DNA of 64,000 nucleotides. It comes from a virus. The DNA is taken from positions 32,001 through 96,000 of the IMG/VR virus record IMGVR_UViG_3300035698_010625. One strand, given 5' to 3'. A program made the position numbers and the translations under genes. Numbering within the stretch: the stretch's first letter is position 1; each line of letters starts with the position of its first letter. This document shows positions 46,263 through 56,842 of the stretch, piece by piece. Below the pieces are notes generated by a model. It saw only the letters and a program-made list of their open reading frames with translations, had not been told where the DNA came from and did not search any database.

Positions 46263-46624
46263 GTAATAACCATATCTAGTAAAGCTTGAGGAGCAAGACT
46301 TTTCGAATCTAAGTAGCTAACAGCACTTGTAAATGTTACACTGTTAGCTGCTGATTTGTAATCCGCCATTGTGTATAAAAGTGCAACGAATCTCTTTATA
46401 CCTACATCATTACTTTCTAACACTGCATCTAATTCAGAGTCAGTAAATGCTTTTCGTATATCACGAGAAGAATAAGTAATTAATGGATTCACCAATGCTG
46501 GAATTGATTCATCAACCCTTAAGATAAAAGTGTTAGACTGCAACCTAACACCATTACTCATTGAAGACACTTTAACTTTACTGTGAAGATTAGGGTCAAA
46601 ACTTTCTTCTGTTATTGTAGTCAT
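46259..46624 (-). CDS. hypothetical protein (possible fibre chaperone)
   Basis: coupled to upstream fibre-like gene. Confidence 0.5.
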   Translation of the reverse strand: MTTITEESFDPNLHSKVKVSSMSNGVRLQSNTFILRVDESIPALVNPLITYSSRDIRKAFTDSELDAVLESNDVGIKRFVALLYTMADYKSAANSVTFTSAVSYLDSKSLAPQALLDMVIT

Positions 46625-47494
46625 TAAACAATCCTCGGTATAGCATAGAGTGTAGCAGATCCAGATGTAAAAGTACCAGAATCACGCAATAATTTAATAG
46701 CACCAATTTCACCAGGTGGTACCCATCCCGTGACAATCGCCATTCCATGAGAACTAGAACTTCGTAGATAACGCGTACGACCAAAATAACTACCTAATGA
46801 ACCAGTTGGATCTCTTATGAAATCCACTTACTGGATTTCCCAATAAATCAGCAGACATATTGAACATATAAGCTCTGGTTTGTGCAAAGCTTGAACCCTG
46901 TGCATATGAAGGAGTGCTACCATATAATTCTAATGCAAGTGTTCCATAACCAGTTGTAGCAAAAGTTGGAGAAGCACCAGTACTTGTAGATGTTCTAAAT
47001 GATGTATAAGAATTAGTATCTGGATTATAATTAACCGTTGCTCTGAAATCACAATCAGTAGGTAATCCTTCCCATTGTACACTAGACATTCCAGCAAGAT
47101 TCATTACATCAATGACATACATACTTCTTGAAGTATTGATAGTTCCATCGTGATTAATGTCAAGAGCAGTTGCTATAAGTGTTGTTTCATCATCCGCATA
47201 AGACCTTATCTTTAAAGACCCTTCTTCAACATTAATCTTCCAAACTTGAGCATCTGCTGTGTTATTAGCTTGCTCCAAAATAATATTAGGCGTACTACCT
47301 CGAATGCTTATTGTGTTTGATACTGACACACCATTCGCTGTTAAGCTATTCATTACAGCAACGTTAGCAGTAACTGATTCAATGACACTGACGTTGGCAG
47401 TTAATAAATTTCGAATAATAGCATTGTTTGCATTCAGTGATTCAAAATTAAGATCGCCTGTTACTGTTAAAGCGTCATCTATGGTAAATCCCAT
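46624..47494 (-). CDS. fibre/virion-like protein, frameshifted at A-run 46820-46822
   Basis: repeated (S/L)xTAN beta motifs; C-terminal GTFTSGSATLYA in shifted frame. Confidence 0.55.
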
Positions 47495-47545
47495 GTAGTG
47501 TCTCTCTTTTATAAATAGATAAGTATTAGGTAGAAGGTCTTCAAT

Positions 47546-48829
47546 ATGTCGAAAAATGTAGTTTTTAGTTGGGGAAGAATGAATCCACCGACGCTTGGTC
47601 ATCGAAAATTAGTAGATGTCCTTAATAAGCAAGCGTCTGTGCGTAATGCAGAAGCTCATATCTATTTATCTCACACCCAAGATAAGAAAACAAATCCTTT
47701 TGATTATTTAACAAAAATCAGATTAGCACAATCAGCTTTTGGTGATATCGTTAAACGTTCTGGTGCTAAGACAATCATTCAAGTTCTTAAGCAGTTAGAA
47801 TCAAAAGGATTTGAAGAAGTAACACTTGTTGTTGGAGCTGATAGAAAATCTGAGTTCGATATTCTAGTGAATAAATACAATGGCAAGGATTTTAAGTTTA
47901 AAAAAGTTGAGGTCACTTCCCAAGGATTAAGCAGAGATCCAGATTCTGATAGTATTGATGGAATGTCTGCTTCGAAAGTTAGACAATTAGCAGTTGATGG
48001 AGAACGAGAAGAATTCGATGTAGCCTTACCACCAGGCTTGAGTTCAGCTGAAGCTTCAAAGATTTATAACACTATTAGAAAAGTTATCGGTAAAACTCCA
48101 CGTAAACGCGTAAGAACAAGAGTACCTAAAGATCCTACTTCAAATGCTACTGATATAAGAAAAACCAATGCTAAGCAAGCCAGTCCCGGCATTTCAAAAC
48201 AAGAAAAAGATAAACTGTATAAGGGTGGTTTGTTTGACCATTATACTAGAGAGGAGCAAGACACAATGAACGAAGATCTAGATTTTGGTGATTTCGTTGT
48301 TACTGAACAGGAAATTGACATTTACGTTGAGATGTTCGACGCATATGAAAATGATGAATATCTACAAGAAAGAGTTGTTACATTAGCCCAGCGTAGAAAG
48401 ATGGGTCGAACAATGAAACGCCTTGCTCCTAAGATGGCACGCCGTCGAGCTATTCAATCGAAGAAAATGGCAGATCGTGGTCGCCTTGCCAAACGTGCAT
48501 CTAAAGCAGCTACTAGCCTTCTGAGAAAGAAGTTCGCTGGTAAGCATGGTGCTAATTATGGTAAACTATCTCCATCTCAGAAAATCTCTGTAGATAAGAT
48601 GATTGATAAGAAACGCCATATGGTTAGTAAGCTTGCTAAGAGAATGCTTCCTAAAGTTACTAAGAAAGAAGTACAACGTCTTCGTAATTCACGTAAGCCA
48701 AAGAATGAAAGCTATGATGCCAAAGGTGGTAATGGTGCTGGCGAAGTAGGAACAGACGAACTCCGTAAGCACTACGAGAAAGGTACACCTGGGCAGAATG
48801 GTAAAAAGAGAGCATCAGAAAATGGGTAG
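47546..48829 (+). CDS. cytidyltransferase-like nucleotidyltransferase with long basic C-terminal extension
   Basis: WGRMNPPTLGH, VVGADR, GMSASKVR; TATAAATA at 47510. Confidence 0.8.
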   Translation: MSKNVVFSWGRMNPPTLGHRKLVDVLNKQASVRNAEAHIYLSHTQDKKTNPFDYLTKIRLAQSAFGDIVKRSGAKTIIQVLKQLESKGFEEVTLVVGADRKSEFDILVNKYNGKDFKFKKVEVTSQGLSRDPDSDSIDGMSASKVRQLAVDGEREEFDVALPPGLSSAEASKIYNTIRKVIGKTPRKRVRTRVPKDPTSNATDIRKTNAKQASPGISKQEKDKLYKGGLFDHYTREEQDTMNEDLDFGDFVVTEQEIDIYVEMFDAYENDEYLQERVVTLAQRRKMGRTMKRLAPKMARRRAIQSKKMADRGRLAKRASKAATSLLRKKFAGKHGANYGKLSPSQKISVDKMIDKKRHMVSKLAKRMLPKVTKKEVQRLRNSRKPKNESYDAKGGNGAGEVGTDELRKHYEKGTPGQNGKKRASENG

Positions 48830-49883
48830 ATCAATCCAAGAAAGTATTCGAATTGCAGCAGTAGATTCGTTTAACTTAAAGAATATTAATGAACTCGAGA
48901 ATGAGTTAGCAAAGTGTACTACTGCTTTAAAAGAATCTACTAATGAAGCGTCATCTGCTCTTCTTGGTCATCGTATTACAAATATTAACCAACAGCTTCG
49001 TCATTTCAAGTCACAAGTAGAAGGCTTTGAAAAGAAAGAAAAAGATGATGGAGAATCTGATGATGGATCGAAGAAGAAAAAGAACCCATTCGCTAAAGAC
49101 GATGGCGAAGAAAAGACTGATAAGAAGGCGAACCCTTTTGCTAAAAAGACTGATTCTGGGGATAGCGGATCTTGCGACGATGAGGATGACAGTAGCGTAG
49201 ATGATGATGAAGATGATGGAGATAAAGACGGTGATGGTGATCGCGACGATAAAATAGATGATCCTGATGGAGATAATGGTCAAGAAGAGCCTGATGATGA
49301 AACTCCAGAAGATCGTGAAGATTTAGAAAACAAGAGTCCTTCTCGCGTTAAAAATAAGAGAAAGGGTTTGCATGATGTTGATGTAAACGAAAGTAAATTT
49401 TGGGGAACATTCAAAGACGCTTGGATAACCGAAGCAGAGTCTGAGGAAGAATCTAATAAGAAGGATAAGAAACCTAATCCTTTTGCTAAGAAAGGCGCCG
49501 AGGATGGTGATGGCGATGATAGCAAAGATGGTGGTGAAGAAATTAAGAAAAAGAAGAAAGACCCATACGATGATAAGGAGCCTGATCCCAAGAAGGATGA
49601 TATAAAAATGGATCCGGAGAATACTCCTCAATATAGTGTTGAGAGTGTTGGAATTCCTAAAGGCGCTACACCTGAGCAAACAAAACACATTAAAGCATTC
49701 CTTAGTAGTATTGAAGGCAAAGGTGTAAAAGACTCGTCTGTAACATCTGGTATAAATGCTATTATGAAAAATATTAACGAGCAAAAGGTGAGTAATGTTT
49801 TTGCTCGTTATAAATACTTCAAAGAACAATATGGAACACGAGCAGACGAAGTACTATCTGCTACAATTAAACTAATCAAATAA
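48822..49883 (+). CDS. acidic low-complexity protein with NPFAK repeats
   Basis: D/E/K-rich, NPFAK x3. Confidence 0.65.
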   Translation: MGRSIQESIRIAAVDSFNLKNINELENELAKCTTALKESTNEASSALLGHRITNINQQLRHFKSQVEGFEKKEKDDGESDDGSKKKKNPFAKDDGEEKTDKKANPFAKKTDSGDSGSCDDEDDSSVDDDEDDGDKDGDGDRDDKIDDPDGDNGQEEPDDETPEDREDLENKSPSRVKNKRKGLHDVDVNESKFWGTFKDAWITEAESEEESNKKDKKPNPFAKKGAEDGDGDDSKDGGEEIKKKKKDPYDDKEPDPKKDDIKMDPENTPQYSVESVGIPKGATPEQTKHIKAFLSSIEGKGVKDSSVTSGINAIMKNINEQKVSNVFARYKYFKEQYGTRADEVLSATIKLIK

Positions 49884-49930
49884 ACTATATCATGCCGAGT
49901 AGACATTGTCGAAAAGAGAGGTAATCTAAT

Positions 49931-50659
49931 ATGTCAAAATGGAATTGGAATCACGAAAAGAACATTGATCCTGCATCAGCAAATACGCTAGCAGGTTATT
50001 ATTCGGGTGCTGCACCTATGTTCGAAGCAGACTCATTAGTTTCTAAGAGAAACGTAATCGCAACAGATAAAGGCTGGATCCGCCGTTTGCAGTTTACAGA
50101 TTCGTCTGGTAACCTGCGTACAAAGGATGATGTCCTAGTCGCTGCTCACCCAGGCTTAGATGTCCAAGGTGGATATACTAACACAGCATATCTTGCTTCA
50201 CCAGATATCACAATCATGCAGCTTCAAGCTAACACTGCTACAGGTGTAGGAGCCTTCTCCAACACAACACCAATGACAGTATGGGTGTCGTTCAATGAGC
50301 CAGTATACAGCACAGCTAATGTAACAATCACTATTGAAAGTCGGGATGGTGCAACTACATTCCCACTACTATCCAACACAACGAATGCTGTGGGTTCTTC
50401 TGCTAAGATCCTTTCTCCAGGTGCTAATAACACTTTAGTATTCACCGGAACTCCAGATCTAAATGGTGGAGCAACTAATCCTAAAGCAGGTATCTATAAA
50501 GTTAAACCACAGACAATTGCTGTGACAGCTTCGGGTACACTTACTAGTCGTAATATTGGTACTGTTACTGCTAACACTGAAGTACGTGCTTCACTTGCGA
50601 ACTTCATGATGACTGTTGATGGAGCTATTCTTGCGAATGGCGAATTCACGCTTGTCTGA
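49931..50659 (+). CDS. virion structural protein-like
   Basis: RNVIATDKGW N-terminus, T/N/G-rich Ig-like body; TATAAATA at 49809. Confidence 0.6.
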   Translation: MSKWNWNHEKNIDPASANTLAGYYSGAAPMFEADSLVSKRNVIATDKGWIRRLQFTDSSGNLRTKDDVLVAAHPGLDVQGGYTNTAYLASPDITIMQLQANTATGVGAFSNTTPMTVWVSFNEPVYSTANVTITIESRDGATTFPLLSNTTNAVGSSAKILSPGANNTLVFTGTPDLNGGATNPKAGIYKVKPQTIAVTASGTLTSRNIGTVTANTEVRASLANFMMTVDGAILANGEFTLV

Positions 50660-50674
50660 TCAGAGGAATAAGTA

Positions 50675-51025
50675 ATGGCAGATCTACCAATTTCAGATAT
50701 GCCTAGTGTAAGCGTCTACAGCAATAGCGATATTGTTCTTGTTGTAGACGTTAGCGCTAATACTACGAAGCAAGACAGCCTCCAGAATTTCTTTGGTAAT
50801 GTCCCGGCTTTTGTTAGTGTTGGAGGTGGTTTAACAGTAGCAGGTAACACTGTTGTTAACCAATCAATTACACTTGGTGGCGGTTTAACAACTATCGGCT
50901 CTAATAATGCTACAACTCAATTTGGTGCAGGTAAGGAAGGCACAATTGCGTGGGATACAAACTATCTTTACGTTGCTGTTTCCAATACCGAAATCAAAAG
51001 AGTAGCGCTGACAGTATTTTCATAA
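50675..51025 (+). CDS. small virion/fibre protein
   Basis: MADLPISDMP, GTIAWDTNYLYVAV. Confidence 0.6.
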   Translation: MADLPISDMPSVSVYSNSDIVLVVDVSANTTKQDSLQNFFGNVPAFVSVGGGLTVAGNTVVNQSITLGGGLTTIGSNNATTQFGAGKEGTIAWDTNYLYVAVSNTEIKRVALTVFS

Positions 51026-51038
51026 CAAGTGAGATTAT

Positions 51039-51431
51039 ATGTTTGACACTCTTGATGATACCAATTTTGACTTATATGCTGCAAAATATTACGACAACCC
51101 AAGCAATGCTGGAGAACGAGAATTCGAAGATGATCTTAGTAAGATACGTTATCTGAAAAGACTCTTCGCTCGTTACAAAGAACGAGATGAATTAAATGAA
51201 AGGTTGATACTTAATCACCTGACTATTCTTTATAATGTGTTCGAAGCAGAAGCTTGTACAAGGATGCTTGCTTACAGATTAAAAGAGTTTCTGCCTTGTT
51301 TAAAGCCGTTTCTCATATATCTTTCATATTGGCCAGATACGATAAAACCAATTGGTATACATAAAGAGGTTGTTGATTGTACTGGCATTTCAATTGATGA
51401 TTTTGTAATACATAAACTTAGGAAACTATAA
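51039..51431 (+). CDS. conserved T4-like hypothetical protein
   Basis: YAAKYYDNP, EF.DDL..IRYLKRL, ERLILNH. Confidence 0.75.
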   Translation: MFDTLDDTNFDLYAAKYYDNPSNAGEREFEDDLSKIRYLKRLFARYKERDELNERLILNHLTILYNVFEAEACTRMLAYRLKEFLPCLKPFLIYLSYWPDTIKPIGIHKEVVDCTGISIDDFVIHKLRKL

Positions 51432-51715
51432 TGAAAACATTAAAAGAAGCAATTGCAAAAGCTGCTGCAGATAGATTTGCAGAAGCTGTATCACGCGAAT
51501 TGCTAGAAGGTACTCGTTCACAAACAACTTCACGTAAGTTAAATCGCGCACAAGCAAAAGCAAAAGTAGACCCAAAAGATGAGCAGATCATGATTACTAA
51601 AGATAGTAAACACATGACTATCAAAAAATCTGCTCTAGATAATTATGAAGCTGATGGTTGGAAATTTGCTAAAAGTAGTACTCAAACATGGTCAAAATCC
51701 AAAGAAAAACGGTAA
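51431..51715 (+). CDS. hypothetical protein
   Basis: MKTLKE start, coupled to previous gene. Confidence 0.55.
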   Translation: MKTLKEAIAKAAADRFAEAVSRELLEGTRSQTTSRKLNRAQAKAKVDPKDEQIMITKDSKHMTIKKSALDNYEADGWKFAKSSTQTWSKSKEKR

Positions 51716-51724
51716 AATAAGCTA

Positions 51725-52588
51725 ATGGGCGATCCAGTAAATTTGTTTGTACTCTATAAAATCATTCGAGAATTGAGTACACCATTTAGTGAGACAAAAG
51801 CTTTCGAGTTAGGTCTCATTGATGATAACGGTAAGCTCCTTAAAAAACCTTCTACTAAAAAGGAAAAGGCGGCGTACACCTACTTCTTTCGTTTCATTTT
51901 CAACCTTAAGCGTATGCTTGGTGAAGTAGGATTAAAGAGTAAATTTGCTACATTCGCTGCAGCACTCTTTCTCCTTAAAGAAGATACCGATAAGAACTAT
52001 AGTGATAAAGAATTACTGGAATGCATATACCGCGAAATGACTTTTCTTGGTGATCACATGCACATCATGGAGGATGCTCCTGCTAATGTTACTGGTGCAT
52101 CTACTCTTGGTTCTGCTACTCCAGATTGGCGAAGTAAAAAGTCTAGAGGGAGACCTAAAGCAATGGGTAAGAGTATAGATGGCGTACGGTATATCATGCG
52201 TGGTAACCGAAGAGTCAAGAGAAGTATGGAAGAAGGTGTCTTAGATGATATCAAGAATGCTGTAAAGAAAAAGAAAAAACAGTACTTAGAATATCTGCCA
52301 GAATTAGATCGCTTTGACACTCTAACAGCTTTGCGTCATGCTTTAAGTGGTATGGGTATCAAGCTAGATATAGTTAGAATTATGGGTTGGGATAAGCGTG
52401 GTACAAGTATTAAAGTAATAGCCGGTAGTGCTCGAAGTGGTGGCGATGATTTCGTATATAACACTCGCACTGGTAAAATCAAAGTAGCTGTCACTGAAGA
52501 AATTGATGATGGTACCTATGATGCTTGGGGTTCTAAAGATCCTAGTAAAATAAAAAAGAGACGTCGGAAAAACAATGAAAACATTTAA
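51725..52588 (+). CDS. conserved T4-like hypothetical protein
   Basis: TPF.ETKAF.LGLIDDNG, AAALFLLKE. Confidence 0.7.
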   Translation: MGDPVNLFVLYKIIRELSTPFSETKAFELGLIDDNGKLLKKPSTKKEKAAYTYFFRFIFNLKRMLGEVGLKSKFATFAAALFLLKEDTDKNYSDKELLECIYREMTFLGDHMHIMEDAPANVTGASTLGSATPDWRSKKSRGRPKAMGKSIDGVRYIMRGNRRVKRSMEEGVLDDIKNAVKKKKKQYLEYLPELDRFDTLTALRHALSGMGIKLDIVRIMGWDKRGTSIKVIAGSARSGGDDFVYNTRTGKIKVAVTEEIDDGTYDAWGSKDPSKIKKRRRKNNENI

Positions 52589-52768
52589 CAAATTTATAGC
52601 AGAAGCTAGAGACGCAAAAAGGGTTATGTTGATCCAGATGCTGACATGAGAGATGTTCCACTTCCATCTCAAGCGAACAAACCTAAGCCTAAATTATTTA
52701 AAGATCGTACAGCAACAAAAGGTAGTGATTTAGCAAAACGTCCAAAAAGATTAAATACTGGGAGATAA
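52575..52768 (+). CDS. putative internal head protein, frameshifted at A-run 52616-52620
   Basis: MKTFNKFIAE start; one extra A restores an open frame to 52768. Confidence 0.5.
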
Positions 52769-52772
52769 AATT

Positions 52773-53222
52773 ATGTTTAAATTAAGTAAAAGAAGTTTGA
52801 GTAGACTTGAAGGTGTTGATGAGCGTCTAGTAGAAGTTGTTAAAGATGCTATCAATTTAACCAAAGTTGATTTCGGTGTAACTGAAGGTTTACGGACTGT
52901 TGCACGACAGAAAGAACTTGTTGCTAAAGGCGCGAGTCAAACAATGCATTCAAAACATATCAAAGGACACGCTGTTGATTTAGTCGCGTATATTGGATCT
53001 CGCATTAGCTGGGAACTTGCGTTATATGATGACATTGCTGATGCTATGAAAGCAAGTGCAGGTGCCCATGGTGTTCAAATCAGATGGGGTGCAGCTTGGA
53101 CTATTGAAAATATTGCTCTGTGGGAAGGTACAATGCAAGAAGCAATGGATAGTTATGTAAAAACACGTCGCGACGAAGGACGTAGACCTTTCATTGATGC
53201 CCCACACTTCGAACTACGTTAA
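52773..53222 (+). CDS. endolysin, M15 (L-Ala-D-Glu) peptidase
   Basis: FKLSKRS, EGLRT..RQ, SKH..GHAVD, IRWG, DAPHFEL. Confidence 0.92.
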   Translation: MFKLSKRSLSRLEGVDERLVEVVKDAINLTKVDFGVTEGLRTVARQKELVAKGASQTMHSKHIKGHAVDLVAYIGSRISWELALYDDIADAMKASAGAHGVQIRWGAAWTIENIALWEGTMQEAMDSYVKTRRDEGRRPFIDAPHFELR

Positions 53223-53645
53223 ATGAAAACTTTCAACCAACTTCATGAAGCATTTTCTAATCCTTACTCTTGGAAATGGACTAGTAAAGATGACGAACGG
53301 TGGATAGCAAATTTTCCTGAAGTGAAAGGCCAAGCAGAAGTGCATTTAATAGATAATGATCTTGTTGGTTATACATTCGAAATAGATGGTAGTATGGGTG
53401 TGACTGGTAAGGGTGATGGGTTTCGTATATTTGCTACAGCTATAGAAATTCTCGTAGATTATATAAGAAAAGAGAAACCAAAGCAGATTAATTTTTCTGC
53501 AGAAAAGTATAATTTTGCCGCAAAGAAGAAAACTAATAGAAATAGATTATATACACGGATGATAAAGAAATATGTACCAAAAGAATACAAATTGAATATG
53601 ACAAATACTGAATACGATACAATATTTCATCTTAAAAGAAAATGA
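53223..53645 (+). CDS. putative internal head protein, paralog 1
   Basis: MKTFNQLHEAFSNPY...TGKGDGFRIFAT...LYTRMIKKY. Confidence 0.65.
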   Translation: MKTFNQLHEAFSNPYSWKWTSKDDERWIANFPEVKGQAEVHLIDNDLVGYTFEIDGSMGVTGKGDGFRIFATAIEILVDYIRKEKPKQINFSAEKYNFAAKKKTNRNRLYTRMIKKYVPKEYKLNMTNTEYDTIFHLKRK

Positions 53646-54073
53646 AAACTTTCATCCAACTCCATGAAGCATTTTCCAATCCTTATCCTTGGGCTTGGAA
53701 AGTTAAAGACGATACTAATTGGATAGCAATTGCTCGCGAAGCAAACTTGAGAATTGTTATAGATAAATATCGCAAAACTTGGGAATTGGTTTTTATGATA
53801 AATGGTAAAACACGAGCTACTGGTGCTGGTGACCAATTCCGCATATTTGCTACAGTACTTGAAGTAACAAAGGATTTCATTGAAAAAGAAAATCCAGAAG
53901 AAATAATGTTTACAGCAGATAAACCAGAAGGGAACGAAAGCCGCACAAAACTTTATACCCGAATGGTGAAAAAATATTTATCGAAAGGATATAAAGTTAG
54001 TACAATCAATGAACCGGGTCTATATGCTGGTCTTCTTGATCCTAATGTTAAATTTATGATTACAAAGAAATGA
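53642..54073 (+). CDS. putative internal head protein, paralog 2
   Basis: MKTFIQLHEAFSNPY...TGAGDQFRIFAT...LYTRMVKKY. Confidence 0.65.
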   Translation: MKTFIQLHEAFSNPYPWAWKVKDDTNWIAIAREANLRIVIDKYRKTWELVFMINGKTRATGAGDQFRIFATVLEVTKDFIEKENPEEIMFTADKPEGNESRTKLYTRMVKKYLSKGYKVSTINEPGLYAGLLDPNVKFMITKK

Positions 54074-54654
54074 AGTCGTTTAAACATTTCAATGAAGGTA
54101 TACTCGATGATCTATTAGCAGATTTTGATGGTGTTTTAGATAATACTACACCATCAAAAGCAGCTGCTACTATTACGCGTGCTAATGACAAAGAAGTACT
54201 CCCTGTTTTAAAGCATTTCAAAATACGTAGATATAAAGCACGCGTGATTAAAGGTACTAAGCCCGATGGGTTCAAGAAATATTTAAGATCGATGCAAGAA
54301 GTTAGAACAGAGCTAGGTGGTAAAGTAACACTCGATGGTGTTCTACAGCTCTTTGCTAATGACAATATGGTTCTCTCTGACAACATTATTCTTGAACTAC
54401 CAATTGCTGAAATTCATAAATATCGTGAGTACGATAGAACATTCAAAAATCCCGGTAAGCGTGACACAGAAGAAATGAAAGAACTTGCTGCAAACATTAG
54501 AAAAAACGGTATAAAAGAAGCAGGAATAATCGTAGTGCACCGAAAGAAAAATGGAGACATCACTGCAATTCTAGGTGAAGGTAATCATCGCCTTAGTGTA
54601 GCACGCAAATACAAAATACCCATGATGAAAATCTGGGTAACTTATTACGGATAA
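54070..54654 (+). CDS. ParB/sulfiredoxin N-terminal domain protein
   Basis: LAANIRKNGI...GEGNHRL; MKSFKHFNE start. Confidence 0.65.
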   Translation: MKSFKHFNEGILDDLLADFDGVLDNTTPSKAAATITRANDKEVLPVLKHFKIRRYKARVIKGTKPDGFKKYLRSMQEVRTELGGKVTLDGVLQLFANDNMVLSDNIILELPIAEIHKYREYDRTFKNPGKRDTEEMKELAANIRKNGIKEAGIIVVHRKKNGDITAILGEGNHRLSVARKYKIPMMKIWVTYYG

Positions 54655-54660
54655 AATATT

Positions 54661-55095
54661 ATGTTTGCAGGTTTTGCATTACAGAAATTATTAGTACTAG
54701 CACTCTTTGCATTGAGTTTGATTTTTGGTGGATTATTCATCAAAGCAAAGATTGCAGACATCACAACACTGCGTGCAAATGCTGTCATATTAGAAACAGC
54801 GATTGTAGAGCAGCAAATTGTTATCGAACAGAAGATCACTGAAATTGGTGATATACGCGTTGCTATGACACAAACAGAAGTAATCAACACAGAGCTAAGA
54901 CAAGCACAAATAGACCTTCAAGATAAATTCACTAAAAGAAAGCCAGACGGTACAAAGCGTGACATTGGTAAGATTGGTATCGCTAAAGATACGCTGCTTG
55001 AACGTGTAATAAATAGAGGTACTATAAAGGCTCTTGCTTGCCTAGAGGATATAACAAATGAAGAAGTTACTGATAGTAGCAATTGCAGTAATTAG
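54661..55095 (+). CDS. i-spanin-like protein
   Basis: N-terminal TM, coiled coil, overlaps a lipoprotein gene. Confidence 0.7.
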   Translation: MFAGFALQKLLVLALFALSLIFGGLFIKAKIADITTLRANAVILETAIVEQQIVIEQKITEIGDIRVAMTQTEVINTELRQAQIDLQDKFTKRKPDGTKRDIGKIGIAKDTLLERVINRGTIKALACLEDITNEEVTDSSNCSN

Positions 55096-55444
55096 TTTAA
55101 CATTAGGTGGATGTTCAACTGTAAAACCGATTGAGACCCAAGTAATAGAAGTAGCAAAGACACCACTCGCACTCCCTAACCCAGCGCCTCTTTCTCTTAG
55201 TAGAATTGATTGGCACGTTATAACAATAGGGAATGAAGCAAGAGTATTTGGCGAACTAGCAGAGAAAGGAATTGATCCTATACTCTTTGGATTAACTGAT
55301 GATGATTACGCGCTTATATCATTGAACTTTGAGAAGATCCGGGCTTATATAGTCCAGCAGAAAAATCTTCTCAATCAATATCGCCTCTATTACGAGGGAG
55401 TGCCACAAGATGCCACAATCATCCCAATCATTGGACCTGAATAA
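55058..55444 (+). CDS. o-spanin-like lipoprotein
   Basis: lipobox LGGC, Pro-rich linker. Confidence 0.75.
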   Translation: MKKLLIVAIAVISLTLGGCSTVKPIETQVIEVAKTPLALPNPAPLSLSRIDWHVITIGNEARVFGELAEKGIDPILFGLTDDDYALISLNFEKIRAYIVQQKNLLNQYRLYYEGVPQDATIIPIIGPE

Positions 55445-55736
55445 TAACGGTATCATAACTGAAGAAGAGGTTCGCCTCCAGAATATTATTATGAAAACAG
55501 AAACACAAGCACAAATCGCAAAGTGGGCATTAATAGCAATGATCATTATTACATTGCTTGTGTTTGCTCCAATATTTCCAGATTCGAGAATACTTATTCT
55601 TTCAGATCTTCTGACTCTCTTCTATATTTCCATGGCAGGCATCATTGGTGCGTTTATGGGTGTTAGTGGTTGGATGGCAGTTAAGGGTAAAAACACAGAG
55701 GTAAAAGGAAATGGGCCAGTACAACGACCTACTTAA
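55410..55736 (+). CDS. two-TM membrane protein, holin-like
   Basis: DLNNNGII motif and two TM helices within the lysis cluster. Confidence 0.5.
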   Translation: MPQSSQSLDLNNNGIITEEEVRLQNIIMKTETQAQIAKWALIAMIIITLLVFAPIFPDSRILILSDLLTLFYISMAGIIGAFMGVSGWMAVKGKNTEVKGNGPVQRPT

Positions 55737-56187
55737 TGGAGAGTTTTATCCACCACGCTCTTGGGTATTAACGGATGAACTTTCATATACTACTGCAGAT
55801 TTAGAACCTACTGTAATGAGAGATTTATGGGAACTCCAAGATCTTCACATTACTATGGACGCACACACAAATACACTTGTGGTAACTGCTCCTGTAGATT
55901 TTGATACTAATCTAGCGTCTACTCCACGTTTCATTTGGCCTATTGTTGCGCCATTTGATATTGCCCGTGCAGCAGCGATACATGATTATCTGTATGTTTC
56001 TATTGAACAGTATATTGTTAAACGTCGTGATGTTCCAATGAGAATGAAGAAACGTTTAAAATATGCTGCAGACTCTGTATTCAAGTTAGCGCTATTAGAT
56101 GCTGAACCAAGTTTACCAACATGGAAAATTTTACTTTGTCATTGGTCAGTTGTAATTCTTGGTGGTAAAAATATCATCGGCTTTTAA
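55711..56187 (+). CDS. DUF1353 family protein
   Basis: F.TNLASTPR, AAAIHDYLY, AD..F. Confidence 0.8.
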   Translation: MGQYNDLLNGEFYPPRSWVLTDELSYTTADLEPTVMRDLWELQDLHITMDAHTNTLVVTAPVDFDTNLASTPRFIWPIVAPFDIARAAAIHDYLYVSIEQYIVKRRDVPMRMKKRLKYAADSVFKLALLDAEPSLPTWKILLCHWSVVILGGKNIIGF

Positions 56188-56225
56188 AGAGAGCCTTCTA
56201 TTACACTCAGAGTCACTGATATACC

Positions 56226-56255
56226 TTGCCAGCCAACCGTCAGCTATGGTATAAT
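56226..56255 (+). promoter_or_regulatory. sigma70-like promoter facing primase
   Basis: TTGCCA-18-TATAAT. Confidence 0.6.
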
Positions 56256-56275
56256 ATTCTTGTCCGGAAGGAATA

Positions 56276-56842
56276 TTAAAGGAACTTACAATTATTACCG
56301 TGCCATCTGGCGATATTGCCTTTTGTGGTAATAATTGGGCAATACTCACATGTGTATGTGCTCTTATTTAAATGATCCGCTGCATGTTTATTTCCATACA
56401 TTGGATTTTTAGAGCCAATTTTACTTACACGTATTTTTTCATTTCTTTCTAATGTAATGGTGGGTTTATGACCAAGTTTAAAACTACCACTATTAGTACG
56501 AAGTACACTCATTGGATTATTATTTTTCATTCGTGTTGATGCATTAGCTCTAGCTTCATCGTTATCAGCCCACCCACCTCCACGGGTTCTGTTATAGCCA
56601 TTGTGATAAGAGTCATATTGTTTAACATATTTTTTTTCTAGAGTATTTAATGTATATAACTTATCGGGAGAACTTGCAATAACTGAAAATGAAAATGACT
56701 CTTTTCCAAATTCTCTCATTGCTTTATGTAATGGAGAATTCATAGACCAACAGTGCTGATTCCATCTTTTTTTGGGATTTTCAGTGAAACCGATGTAACA
56801 TAAAGCATTTGTGAGATTTTCTATTTTATAAATGTAGTACAT
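56276..56842 (-). mobile_element. free-standing GIY-YIG homing endonuclease
   Basis: YYIYKIEN...YIGFT...RW..H...E...GYN, KNPMYG; antisense to neighbours. Confidence 0.88.
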
